From Octopus vulgaris (Eukaryota): DNA of 64,000 nt. Of this stretch, positions 41,380-54,764 are shown piece by piece (the first letter of the stretch is position 1; every line of letters starts with the position of its first letter). The stretch lies in the NCBI GenBank assembly GCA_951406725.2, contig OX597823.1:18042001-18106000 (forward strand), written 5' to 3'. Position numbers and translations under genes: made by a program. The notes under the pieces were generated by a model that was given only the letters and a program-made list of their open reading frames with translations, was not told the DNA's origin and did no database searches.

Positions 41380-42113
41380 GCTGTATAGCTTTTATAAAAA
41401 ACATCTATAGAAAAAATTCTGCTGATAAAGTGTTTTTCTATGAATAAAAAATTCAGAAAAATTCCTACGAAGACCCCTATGGTAAGTTTATAAATGAAAA
41501 TTCTGTGAAAACTACAGACTGGTAAATAAAATGACGTTTTACTCGTAATCTGTGGCTGTAGGGGGTAACAATTTCGAAAATATGTCAGGAATTTATGCTA
41601 AATGGTTTAATTCTGGGCGTGGTTGATGATGTAAAATATGAATACATTTATACTGCTATTTTATTCTTTTAGACGATTTAGTCATTGGACCGCGACCATT
41701 CTGGAGCTCCACTTTCAAGAGTTTAGTTAATGATATAGACTCCAACACATGTTTCTCACTCGTAATTATTTTATCAATCGAACAGATAAGAATTCAGACA
41801 TATAGTACAGGCGCAGGCGTATGTGTGATTGAGAAGCTTACCTGGCAACCATGTGGTTTCGGATTCATTCTTTCTGCGTGACACTTCAGGCAAGTGTCTT
41901 CTATTCCAAAACCGGACCGACCAATGCATCTTGCAACCTTTTAAAAAGGTTGCAAGAAATTTTTAGAAAAATAAAGAAGGAAATGAGAGGAAATTTTTCT
42001 GGTGAGTGTGTTAAATTATAAGGCACTAAAAGAGAATGACTCTCCCCAGACACAACAGAATATGCTTCAACACACGAACTCATATAAAGAATCTTGCAAA
42101 CCAAATTCCAAAA

Positions 42114-42158
<45 letters not shown>

Positions 42159-42232
42159 TGTAGAAGTTTTTGAAAAGGAACACACGAGTTGTTCTTTTAA
42201 TTTTTCCAAAATTTAATTGTTTTCTATACTTA

Positions 42233-42268
42233 CAGTTGAAAAAGTCTCAATAACTGAAACCGGTACTG
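42233..42268 (+). ncRNA. Minimal hammerhead motif with U3-A8 covariant core
   Basis: CAG-TTGAAAA-AGT-CTCAATA-ACT-GAA-ACCGGT-A-CTG; module flanked by (TA)n. Confidence 0.6.
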
Positions 42269-42318
42269 AAATGTTTTTTATAAAATTATTTTAGCACATT
42301 TTCTACCTTGGCTTTTTT

Positions 42319-42378
<60 letters not shown>

Positions 42379-42431
42379 GTTTAAATATTTGTTGTGCAAG
42401 ATTTTTTATGCGAAGTCGTGTGTTGAAACAA

Positions 42432-42736
42432 ATATTGTTATATTTCGAATGGTCATATTGCCTGTTTAGCCAATAAAAACACACGCACTATATATTTGGT
42501 TTTATTTTGCTTCAGTGTCATTTATTTATTACATTAATCTTAATTTTATTTCGGCCAGAATTCTTTCGTCACACTCCTGATGCGGTCACAGGAGTGTAAC
42601 GAAAGAACTCTGGCCGAAATAAGATTAAGATTAATGTAAAAAATAAATAACACTGAAGCAAAATAACACCAAATATATAGTGCGTGTGTTTTTATTGGTT
42701 AAACTGGCAATATGACCATTCCGAAATATAACAATA
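42432..42736. mobile_element. Penelope-like fold-back palindrome (~148-bp arms) with HHR remnant at the apex
   Basis: Arms 42432-42579 and 42589-42736; apex CTGATGC-G-GTCAC..GTAAC-GAA-AGAACT-C. Confidence 0.7.
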
Positions 42737-44791
42737 TATATATATATATTATAGATATTATTGAAATACAATAGTATTGACAAATGAATGTATCTTTAAA
42801 GCATGAAACTATTACTAACTCTTTTGTAATTGTGTATATTCAATATTTATCTCTCACTGGATAGAGTGCTTTTCTTATTAATCCTACCTATAATGGAACT
42901 GTAAACTATAAGTATATGTACGTGTGCATGTGTGTGTGTGTGTAATATGTATGTATGTTTCTCTGTCTGTATGTATGTATGTATATATGTATTTATATGT
43001 ATTGCACGAGTTTGAATGTGGATCTGAGACGAGCCCCTGAACTAAAGGCCTTATGTCGATTGTTTCTTGAAAAATCTATGGAAAGTTATTTTGCTATTAT
43101 TATATGTAGAGATCAGTAATAATTTGCAACAGACACCTCATCTCGAATATATTCAGGCGAGAAAAGAATTACGTAACTGTTACCATTTCTCTTAGAAGAA
43201 CATTTGAGCTTCAAGTGAATTGAACCACTTTCGACTGATAATCGAAACCTCTTTGCACTTTTTTGTACAACAGATTTTCACTCCATATATACCGCCTAAG
43301 CTAGCATTGCGCTTTTTGTTTGAACTAACATTTAAGAAATCAAACTATACAGAATGGCTCTCAACAAACTCATCAGTATTGATGTCAGGGACCAGAGGGT
43401 GCTACTCTGAGTTGAAGTAGAAATCAATGCACCCACAAAGAATGGCAAGATCACCAGGAGTCAAAACATTGTTGCTAATCTACCAACTATACGGTATGCT
43501 CTGGAGTCAAAACATTGTTGCTAATCTACCAACTATACGGTATGCTCTGGAGAAAACAGTCAAAAGAGTTGCGGCTATGAGTCATTTAAGGGAGCCTTTG
43601 AAAAAATATTCTTTGAAATGCGTAGTACCTGAACTGGAGAATCTCTTGGGGAAATCTCTTACATTTCTTTCTGACTGAGTTGGTCTTGAGACAAAAGCTG
43701 CCTGTAGTAATTCTGATCTTGACCATTTTTCTTTTGGAAACTTACATTTCCATATTCAAGAAAAGGGTAAAGGAACTGTTGGGAATGGTTAAAAGATCAA
43801 AACAAAATCAGAAGATACAAAAATGTGTCGTTAATCGTTGTCGAAACTAGATGTTTATGAGAATGATACCTTGGGTACAGCTCACCGACCTCACAGCTCA
43901 ATGGTTGTTGTTCATATGCCCCTGGTTGCGGCTGGTTTCCAAAAAAGGAACTAGCATATTACTAACGTATTTTACAAAAGGCTCTTGAGAAACATAGGGA
44001 ACCATTTGTAGCCAAAAATGCTAAGATTAAATTGATTGAGAATTGATTGAGAATTTGATTGAGAAAGTAAATCTGATGATAATTGGTGTGGTGACAAGAT
44101 TTTACTTTCCTCAAAGTTCTTAACATGGAGACTGAGGATTCCCTTTTTGATGAAGGGAGTCCCAAAATTCTTACATCGTCTCGTAGAAACGTCAGAGGAA
44201 AACAACGTAGTTCTGCCTTTATATTTTATAACTGATGAGATATTTGCTGAAAATGTCACAAATCGTCGAGCTAAATTAGTGGAAGGTATTCCAAGATATA
44301 CGGGTTTCTTCTAAAAAAGAAAACCATAAATGAGCAGTAAATTTCACAAGAAGCGCTTATTTTAAAATTGTGTAGGAGAGCGTATCTTCAACGAGATAAC
44401 CTAAACAGCAGTTTCATTTCGAGTCTTTCTGTCGTAGCTGCTGGTTTATGTAGGACTGATGATGTAGAAGTTAATGAGTTTTGCGATTAACATTCAGAAA
44501 TTAGAGGACTAACCTGTTTTAAAGCTCAGTTTACATACAAGAGAAGTAAAGGAGGCACCACATCTATCGGCAAAAATAGCTTTCGCTGTACTCTTGGGAG
44601 TAAAAGTCTTAATGGCATTCTTTCGTTGTACTCTTGGGAGTAGAACTCTTAAACATTAAGGGGGTTGTAATGAACTTAACTTATCTAAAAGAAAAAGCGA
44701 TGTCCTCTAGCTAATAGAGGAAGATAGTTTTGGAGGGTTATTTTGCCAATGAACTCACGCGCACTGATTTTATTATAATTATTATTATTAT

Positions 44792-46490
44792 TCAGTAGTA
44801 TATTTTTTATATCGTGCTTTCACTTCACTACCGAGCACAGCTCTGTGTGCCTTGGGTATGTGCTGTGATTTGTTGTGATGCTCTGATGGTTATTGTATGG
44901 AAAGTGTTCTGCGTAGGATGTGTGCAGTGCCTAGTAGTACAATTTTCTGTATGTTATATGTGTTTGTAAGTCCTGGTGTTTTTGTTATGTATTTGTCTGA
45001 ATATTGTTTTATCATGCCTAATGCACCTATTACGATAGGGATTGTTTCTGCTTTTAGATTCCACATTCTGGTTACCTCTATTTCCAGGTCTTTGTATTTG
45101 AAAGTTTCTCCATTTCTTTTAGAGACACGTTGTCATCCGCTGGTATTGATACATCAATTAGAAAATTTTTTTTTTCATGATCTCTGACAACTATATCTGG
45201 TCTGTTGGCCTTAATTTCTCTATCTGTGTGTCTTGGCATATCCCAGAGTATGGTTGCTTTCTCGTTTTCTGTGACCTTTTCTGGTGTGTGCCTATACCAT
45301 CTTTTTTCTGTTGTTATTCCATAATGTTGGCATAGTTTCCAGTGTATATAGGTCCCAACTCTGTCGTGTCTGTGAATATATTCCTTCTTAGCCAGGATTG
45401 GACAGCCAGAGATAATATGATTTATTGTTTCTTGTCCATGTCCACATATTCTGCAGTTACTTGTTATATTTCTTTTCATTACATGTTTTTGGTAATTTCT
45501 GGTGGAGAAGCTTTGGTCTTGTGCTGCAATTAAAAATCCTTCTGTCTCTGCTTTGAGTCCTGAGCTTCTCAACCATTGTTGGGAATTTTTCTTTGTCTAT
45601 TTCTTTTGCATTTAGTTTAGTCCAGTATTTGCCATGAAGGGTCTTTTCTTGCCATCGTTTTATCATGGTTCGTTGCTGTTCTATTTTTAGTTTGGATTTC
45701 ATTTGTTTTATAGCTTTTGTTGTTTCTTCTTCTTCTTCTTCTTCTTCTTCTTCTTCTTCTTCTTCTTCTTCTTCTTCTTCTTCTTCTTCTTCTTCTTCTT
45801 CTTCTTCATATTTATTAGGTGGTATGATTTCTTGTTTGTATTTGTCAGCTTCCTTAAATACTGAGAACAGTTTTTTGTTTTGCTCGTGTTTTGCCTCAAT
45901 TTGTATCAGTTTTCCTTCCTTCTGAAGTAGATATTTTTGCAGTCCTATGGTGGTTATTTTATAGTAGTTTTCCAGCTGTATAAGGCCTCTACCACCATCT
46001 ATACGTTGTATATATAGCCTTTCTATGTCAGATTTTGGGTGATGCATCCTAGATCCTGCCATTATTTTTCTTGTTTTCCTATCTATTTTGGTCAGTTCAT
46101 TTAGTGTCCAGTTAAGGGTATTGTAGCTGTAACTTATAACTGGGACGGCTAAAGTGTTGATACCTATTATCTTGTTTTTAGCATTGAGCTCTGTTTTCAG
46201 TATTGATCTAACTCGTCTATAATATTCTTTTTTTATTTTCTCTTTCATTTGTGTGTGTTGTGTCTTATCTAGTTCATGGATTCCTAAGTATTTGTAAGTT
46301 TGGCTTTGGTCTAATTCTTTTATTTCATTGGTTTTATCTAGTGTGATGTTGCTACTCTTAACTAGTTTTCCTCTTTTCAGGGTTACTTTAGCGCATTTCT
46401 CTAATCCAAATTTCATATCTATTTTTTCGGTAAATCCATGAACTGTCTTTAGTAGTGTTTCCAGCTGTTTGTCATTTGCAGCGTATAGTT
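44792..46490 (-). mobile_element. R4/Dong-clade non-LTR retrotransposon, 5'-truncated (RT C-terminus, CCHC, RLE), few frameshifts
   Basis: KLYAAND..MKFGLEKCA..YKYLG..GGRGL; CRICGHGQETINHIISGC; RHD; NRPDIVV; LIDVSIP; 3' end abuts TAA repeats (44771-44792). Confidence 0.92.
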
Positions 46491-46494
46491 TCCA

Positions 46495-47084
46495 TTGGTG
46501 TTGAATAGATATACTATTAAATTAGTATCTAATTCTCTCACCCTTATTAATTAATTATAATTATGCTACATTTATTTCTAAATGTAGTATTTGTTTCCGT
46601 GAAAGTTTGGCGCGCTGTTGGTAGGGGCATTTGAATTATAACGTCGGATGTAATCAATTGAACCACACGTGTATTTATCGTTATGGTAAAATCTGGCGTG
46701 TGATTGAGTGGATTTCATCCAGATAGTTTTGGCTGAGGAGCTACAAGTGGATTTTTTGTGAGTAAAATTACATTTAATTCATTAATAGCGAAACAATTGT
46801 CCCAAAATAATCTGTATTTTTGTTATTTTTATTTGCCCTGTTCGTGTGAGCTAACAATCGTACTGACTTTCATGGGAAACATGTATTTTTGTGGTTGAAA
46901 CCTTTTGGATTTACTAGTGCTAGAGTGAGCCATATAGTGACCACTCTCTTATATTTATTTTTGTATAAAATATTATAATATATTATAAAATATTATAATA
47001 ATCCAGGTTTCTCGGGGCACTGGGCCACTTGGTGTTGAATAGATATACTATTAAATTAGTATCTAATTCTCTCACCCTTATTAA

Positions 47085-47093
<9 letters not shown>
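46495..47093 (+). mobile_element. Non-coding HHR-bearing element: 534-nt unit with 65-bp terminal direct repeat, ending in (TA)n
   Basis: 46495-46559 repeated at 47029-47093; canonical HHR inside. Confidence 0.75.
46727..46807 (+). ncRNA. Canonical type I hammerhead ribozyme
   Basis: TTTTGG-CTGAGGA-GCTA..(42 nt)..TAGC-GAA-ACAATTGT-C-CCAAAA; GUC triplet, predicted cleavage after 46801. Confidence 0.85.
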
Positions 47094-47130
<37 letters not shown>

Positions 47131-47220
47131 TCGCATACATATGTATACATCCACAAATACACACATATATATACATATACACACAGACAGGCAGATAGAT
47201 AGAGATAGATAGATAGATAT

Positions 47221-47280
<60 letters not shown>

Positions 47281-47283
47281 ATA

Positions 47284-47352
<69 letters not shown>

Positions 47353-48831
47353 GGGATAAAGAGATTCATGGCAGTCGATGGACAGAGCCATTAGATAACT
47401 GGTTTAAAGATATTGCCATAATTAATTTATTTGTTTACATTCTGGGTTGAAATCTGAGATCAACTTTGCTTTAGCGTTTCAGACATTCTGGGTAGATGAA
47501 TATAGTACCAGCGCTGTCCTGTATACTACACAGGGTCAACGGTGCGAGGGCCGAGAAGATGTATAACTACTTGAGCCTATACGGCTGTCTAAATACATTG
47601 ATGAAAGCATTGTATATGCTAACACTAAATTATTATCGATAGCATGCGACAGCTGTAGTTTATGTATTTGTGTGTGCGTGTGCATGTGTATGTGTGTGTG
47701 TGTGTGTGTGTGTGTAATAAGAGAGAGGGGCGAATGTCATAAAAAACATGAAAGACATGAGAAAAATTCTTGTTTTTTAAATAGGGTAAATAATAAGAGA
47801 CAACAAAATGCATCTATCAAGGAGGAAGAGGAGGAGGAGGCGGATGAGGAGAGGAAGAAGGAGGGTGAGCTGAAACTGTACAGAGACATTGGGAGATATT
47901 TTGATAGATAAAGAGAAAGGAAAACGAGAAAGATTACGTAACTGAGTGGCTATAACGATGGAAAGAGTGACAGTGAGAGACAGCGAGAGAGAGAGAGAGA
48001 GAAAGAGGAGGAAAGAAAGAGAGGGTGAATGAGAGAGACAGAGTGAGTGAGAGAGCTAAAGGATTGGATGGAGGAGGGGAGAAGATATGAAGTTAACGCT
48101 AATTTTGAAACATTAAGAAGACGTTAAAATTTAAGTGGAATGAGAAGCTTGGAGTAAATTGAAGGTTATTTGTAATACAGTGGAGAGAGAGAGAGAGAGG
48201 AAGAGAGGGATAGAGAGAGAGAGAGAGAGAGAGAGAGTGGGATAGAAAGATAGAGAGACTGATAGACAAAGGTGCAGTGAGCGCCACATAGTGATGCGTT
48301 CAGAATGCAGACGTCTGCTTTTATTCAAAATATGGGTTGCTATGTCATGTTTTAAGTGCACTGCCTAAGACATTTTGTTTCTAAAAATCTAGGTGACCAT
48401 TTGAAGGTTAGAATTGGAAACATGCATGCTTGTCTATACATGTACTTATATACATATGCACATACATACACACTTTTGTATTCATACACAAAGAACGAAG
48501 GGGAGAGAGAAAGCAGGAATAAGAAAAAAGGAACTATTTTCTTGTTCTGTATTTTTTACCAGATGTAATAATTTGTCCTGAACTTTTCGAAGTGTGATAA
48601 CTGGTCATGTACTTATCCAGATTTATAATCTTAAGAATATTATTTCTCTTACTCGCATTTCCCCAAGTAATCCATGTTTTTTCCAGGCTCTGCTATTATG
48701 CTAATTAATAATGTGTCAATTAATAATTTTAAGATTTCACCTTATTGAAAATTACCTCAATGCTGCCGGTAACATATATTAAAATCCCCTAATAGAATTA
48801 TATTTAAAAAAAAGTATATACCTATATTATC

Positions 48832-49062
48832 TATTTCTTTACTACCCACAAGGGGCTAAACACAGAGGGGACAAACAAGGACAGACAAACGGATTAAGTC
48901 GATTACATCGACTCCAGTGCGTAACTGGTACTTAATTTATCGACCCCGAAAGGATGAAAGGCAAAGTCGACTTTGGCAGAATTTGAACTCAGAACGTAAC
49001 GGCAGACGAAATACCGCTAAGCATTTCCCCCAGTGTGCAAACGTTTCTGCCAGCTCGCCGCC
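48832..49062 (-). mobile_element. SINE group A monomer
   Basis: Family match. Confidence 0.88.
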
Positions 49063-49206
49063 TTATAGAACTATATTATCACCCTCAAATTTCAGAAACA
49101 AACACTCATAGCTTTTTTCTTTCAAAACTTCATTGCACGAGATTGATACGATGAAATTCCTCGAATTGAGCTCTGTCATTTAAGCTTAATTTAAATATAG
49201 TTTATA

Positions 49207-49330
<124 letters not shown>

Positions 49331-49509
49331 GGTTGAATTAGATTCCTCCTTTAATTTGGAGGTTTCCTAAAAATGATTTCTAATATAGGTTCTTCATATT
49401 TTGTTAGTAGCTTACTGGCGTAAGTTTACAAATATGAAAATAATACTTGTATATGGTGTGTTGTGAATTTATTGAAAGAAATCCAACCAAACTCATTGGT
49501 GGTGTACGT

Positions 49510-50150
49510 CTGTGTTTGTTCCCCTCCCCCGCCATCGCTTGACAACCGATGTTGGGGTGTTTACGTCCCCGAAACTTAACGGTTTAGCAAAAGAACCCGA
49601 AAGAATAAGTACTAGGCTTACAAAGAATAAGTCCTGGAGTAGATTTCTTCGCCTAAAGGCGATGCTCAAGCATGGCCGCAGTCAAATGACAGAAGCAAGT
49701 AAAAGAATAAAAGAAAAATATATAGGCGCAGGAGTGGCTGTGTGGTAAGTAGCTTGCTTACCAACCTCATGGTTCCGGGTTCAGTCCCACTGCGTGGCAC
49801 TTTGGGCAAGTGTCTTCTACTATAGCCTCGGGCCGACCAAAGCCTTGTGAGTGGATTTGGTAGACGGAAACTGAAAGAAGCCCGTCGTATATATGTATAT
49901 ATATATATATATATATTTATATGTGTGTGTATATGTTTGTTTATCTATGCTTGCCCCCCTCCCCACAACATCGCTTGACAACCGATGCTGGTTTGTTTAC
50001 GTCCCCGTAACTTAGCGTTTCGGCAAAAGAGACCAATATAATAAGTACTTGGTTTACAAAGAATAAGTCCTGGGGTCGATTTGCTCGACTAAAGGCAGTG
50101 CTCCAGCATGGCCGCAGTCAAATGACTGAACCAAGTGAAAGGATGAAAGA
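49510..50150 (+). mobile_element. SINE group B: 3' half (49510-49715) followed by full copy (49725-50150)
   Basis: Family match. Confidence 0.85.
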
Positions 50151-50532
50151 AAAAAAAAATACAAGAATGTCAGTTAACATGGTTTTCACGCCTAAAATTC
50201 TCAATGTTATTATAAGTTTGAAATTGTCAAAAGCATAATTATATTAAGCTGCATATGTTAAAGAAAAATATTTACGAATTTTTTTTATTATAAACTTTAA
50301 ATTAAAGTAAACTTCTTGCTCACTTAATTCTCTACGATAGAGCTTGCACAGATACATGTATACACGTACAATTACACACATCTACTTCACCAGCACATGT
50401 TCGACAACAGTCTTTGAGATTGCTTGTTCTTCTCTGCTACGAACCCCTTGCTCTAGCTAACATTTATTCTGCCAATATAACCATATAACCTATGCAGTCA
50501 CTTGCATACTCGTGTATTTGTACACAGAAGAC

Positions 50533-51028
<496 letters not shown>

Positions 51029-51326
51029 TTTTGTGAACGTGTATGTGTGTATGTATGCATGTATCGCAGTTTATGTGCTGCAAAGTTTATAAAATTGTTA
51101 TAAATAGTACGACCCGTATCTGATGTACGAATCCGTAAGTTGGAGGGAGTGAGTAGGCATATTTATTATATCAAGATTTTTGAAGTCTACACTTTAGTTT
51201 CGCCGTTGGCTGGGCCGTTCATGACTCACACCAACATACAAACACACCCGCACATACACACACACACATGCACATCAGACTTTTGTCTCTTGCTGTGGCT
51301 TGTAGAAAGGGTACAATGTATGTATG

Positions 51327-51393
<67 letters not shown>

Positions 51394-51425
51394 TTTATTT
51401 AAAGCAGCAGAAAATTCAACAAAAC

Positions 51426-51463
51426 CTGTTACTCTGAGTTTCCCGTTGCCGTTCATCGGACAG
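51426..51463 (-). ncRNA. Minimal hammerhead motif, U4C core, in a fold-back module (51393-51593) between (TA)n tracts
   Basis: Minus strand: CTGT-CCGATGA-A-CG-GCAA-CG-G-GAA-ACTCAGAGT-A-ACAG; 24-bp inverted flanks TTTATTTAAAGCAGCAGAAAATTC. Confidence 0.6.
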
Positions 51464-51590
51464 CTTTTGCCAGCAAAAACTGAATTTTTTGAAAAAGAAT
51501 TTTCTGCTGCTTTAAATAAAACATATTACTCTACCACTGGTATTTGAGTACTCTTTTTTCCACCTTGTTTCACATTTATGTGTTTACTCC

Positions 51591-51643
<53 letters not shown>

Positions 51644-51663
51644 CAAGTATGTATAAACACACA

Positions 51664-52400
51664 CATGTTGTCTCAAAATTAAGGCAACCAGCATTTCTTC
51701 AATTTTGCCAATCCAAAATATTGTTATATTCCGGGTCGGAGCGCTGCAATGCAATGGTAAAGGGAAAGCACTTATGACACTACCACATTTGTTCGATATG
51801 ACCACCTCTGTTTCGAATTCACAGCCTTAAGTCTAGGGGCGAATGCTTCAAAGGCTGCACGCTGTAGTTTTTGCGAAATCAAAGCCCTTTCTTGGCGCCT
51901 TCAGAGCGTGGAGCGAAGCATGAGGAGTTTTCAATACTCTCGTCTCCAAAAATGGACCAAACAGAAAAATCCAACAGGTTGAAATCGGGGCTTCTTGAGA
52001 GCCATATATCTTTGCCTATGAACAACAGAATGTTTTTCTTAATCCAGTGTTGCGTCTGTTTGGAGCTGTGGGATGGCGCTGAATCCTATTGGAGGCTCCA
52101 AAGTGCTCCTTGAAAGTGTTCTTTCGTCCGTGGAAGCAGCTCAGCTTCCAAAATGTCGATAATGTGTCACTGGGCACAAAAACAAGGTGAGACCTTCCAG
52201 TGGCTGTCACTGACGCCCTAACCATAACTGCCAGTGGATTTTGACGTGGGTTTACGAGTCTACCCTTGAAGGAGCCAGATACATTCCAAAGTTGGTCATT
52301 CTGACATTTACTGTCTGTTCTATGCCAAATTTCTTTTCGTCAGTGAACACCAGGTAGGGCAACGTGCCTTCAGCAATCTGGTAGTTGGGCTGCTCATGAC
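51664..52400 (-). mobile_element. maT (DD37D) transposase remnant
   Basis: VFTDEKKF; Q*DSAPSH-[37 residues counted]-D within SPDFNLLDFSVW; TIR-like end at 51664. Confidence 0.8.
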
Positions 52401-53079
52401 ACGGCAATACACGAACACACCCACACACACATGCACGTACAACTCATACACACACACACTGACAAACACATGCACATCAGATTTTTGTATCTTTCCGTAG
52501 CTTGTTGAAAGACTACATTTAACATATTTATGTATGTATATACGTACGTGCGTATGTATGTACGCATATATAGAAATATATATATAGACATAGATATACA
52601 GGGTGTCCCGAAATTAAGACAATAGAAGATTTGTGCTTGAATAACTATCAATAAATGTGATAAGATATGAAAATTATAGATTATAAAAGATCAGTTTGAC
52701 GGCCTCTCTCAATGTGTATGAGTTGTACGTGCATGTGTGTGGGTATGCTCGTATATTGCCGTGTCTTGAGCAGCCCAACTACCCCCCCCCATATATATAT
52801 AACTGAACTGTATATAGTTTTCCGTCCCATTTACATGTTGTAATGCTTCATATTTTAAGTCACTTTCTTTGTGAAATTGACTATCACAGGCGGAACCAGA
52901 GGAGTAGTATCATTAAATTTAATGTCTTTGAACGTTAATGGCACTGAAACTACGCTGATTTTTGTCTCCACAGCTGACGAGCGATTTTCTTTGTTTAATT
53001 TATTTTCCTGTTAATCGTTTCCAAATCTGATTTCGATTTACACTATATGTATGTGCATGTATTTATGTATGCATATATG

Positions 53080-53113
<34 letters not shown>

Positions 53114-53413
53114 CACTTCCCAACTACATGGTTCTCTGTTCAGTCCCACTGCGTGGCACCTTCGGGAAGCGTCTTCTACTATAACATCGGGCCGACCAAA
53201 TCCTTGTGAGAGGATTTGGTAGACGGAAACTGAAAGAAGCCCGCGGCACATGCATATATGTATATCTACGTATGTGTTTTTGTGTCTGTGTTTGTCTCCC
53301 ACCACCGCTTCACAACCGGCTTCACAACCGGCTTCACAACCTAGGAAACTTTTGGAGTCGGTTTGTGAGTGTGCGTATGCGGTATACATACACACACACA
53401 CACATATATATAA

Positions 53414-53468
<55 letters not shown>

Positions 53469-53849
53469 TTTAAATTAAAGTTAAAGTTTAAATTTAAACT
53501 TTACTCGTTGGGTGTTTCCCTAGTATGGCAATAAAGCACGTTTACTGCTTATGGCTACCTGTCATCAATCACAGTAACTGCACAACTGTTGCTGGCACTA
53601 CGTTTCCGGTATACTCAACCTTCGTATCCATTATTTCTACTATACATACATATATGCATACACACACGCGCGCGCGCGCGCATATATATATTTCTTACTT
53701 TTCATTTGTCTTGCTCGCTTACGTTCTGGTGTTTGCTAAATTTTTTCTTGAGAACATTTTTTAGTGGTAATGCCATAGCGGATCTACTTCTAGCATAAGG
53801 GTTGTCTACAAGACATTCTTTTGTTGTCTTGCCATTTCTATCAATATAC

Positions 53850-54243
53850 TCTTTACTCTTTTACTTGTTTCAGTCATTTGACTGCGGCCATGCTGGAGCA
53901 CCGCCTTTAGTCGAGAAAATCGACCCCGGGACTTATTCTTTGTAAGCCCAGTACTTATTCTATCGGTCTCTTTTGCCGAACCGCTAAGTGACGGGGACGT
54001 AAACACCCCAGCATCGGTTGTCAAACATTGCTAGGGGACAAACACAGATACACAAACACATACACACACACATATATATATACATATATACGACAGGCTT
54101 CTTTCAGTTTCCATCTACCAAATCCACTCACAAGGCATTGGTCGGCCCGGGGCTATAGCAGAAGACACTTGCCCAAGATGCCATGCAGTGGGACTGAACC
54201 CGGAACCATGTGGTTGGTTAGCAAGCTACTTACCACACAGCCA
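53850..54243 (-). mobile_element. SINE group B
   Basis: Family match. Confidence 0.85.
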
Positions 54244-54516
54244 TATATATATGTTATACACTCATCCATGTACAAAGACACAAACGCGTACCTACAAACA
54301 CGCTTACAAACGTACGTTACTATTCTCTTTCAAACACGAACGCACATGTACACTCACATACACAAACGCACACACAAACACACTCATACGCACACATACA
54401 TAGATAGGTAGGTGAACACATGATAGAAAATAGCGTTAAGCACATCTTGTTGGATTTGTAAATATTCAATAACAAACTGATCAAGATTCAAATTAATCAA
54501 AAATTCTGATTCCGTA

Positions 54517-54565
54517 CATCTGAAGAGGTAAAAGCTTATCTGTGCCTATGAAACTTAGGGTAATG
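54517..54565 (+). ncRNA. Degenerate hammerhead motif, canonical core
   Basis: CAT-CTGAAGA-GGTA..TGCC-TAT-GAA-ACTTAGGGT-A-ATG. Confidence 0.45.
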
Positions 54566-54764
54566 CCAAATCGTATCAAACTGTTTTCAAATATAAGTAT
54601 TCTTTTAATCGTTTATTCTTTTACTTGTTTCGGTTATTGGACTGTGGATATATTTTGGCTCTGTCTTGAAGATTTTAATCGAAGACACCGATCCGAGTAT
54701 TTCTTTCTTTATAGTCTGGGAATCGTTCTGACGTTTTCTGTTGCCAGACGGTAATATTCTGACG

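Noticed and set aside
52965-53025. CTGACGA followed by a GCGATT/AATCGT stem
   Set aside because: No GAAA or helix III after the stem; incomplete hammerhead
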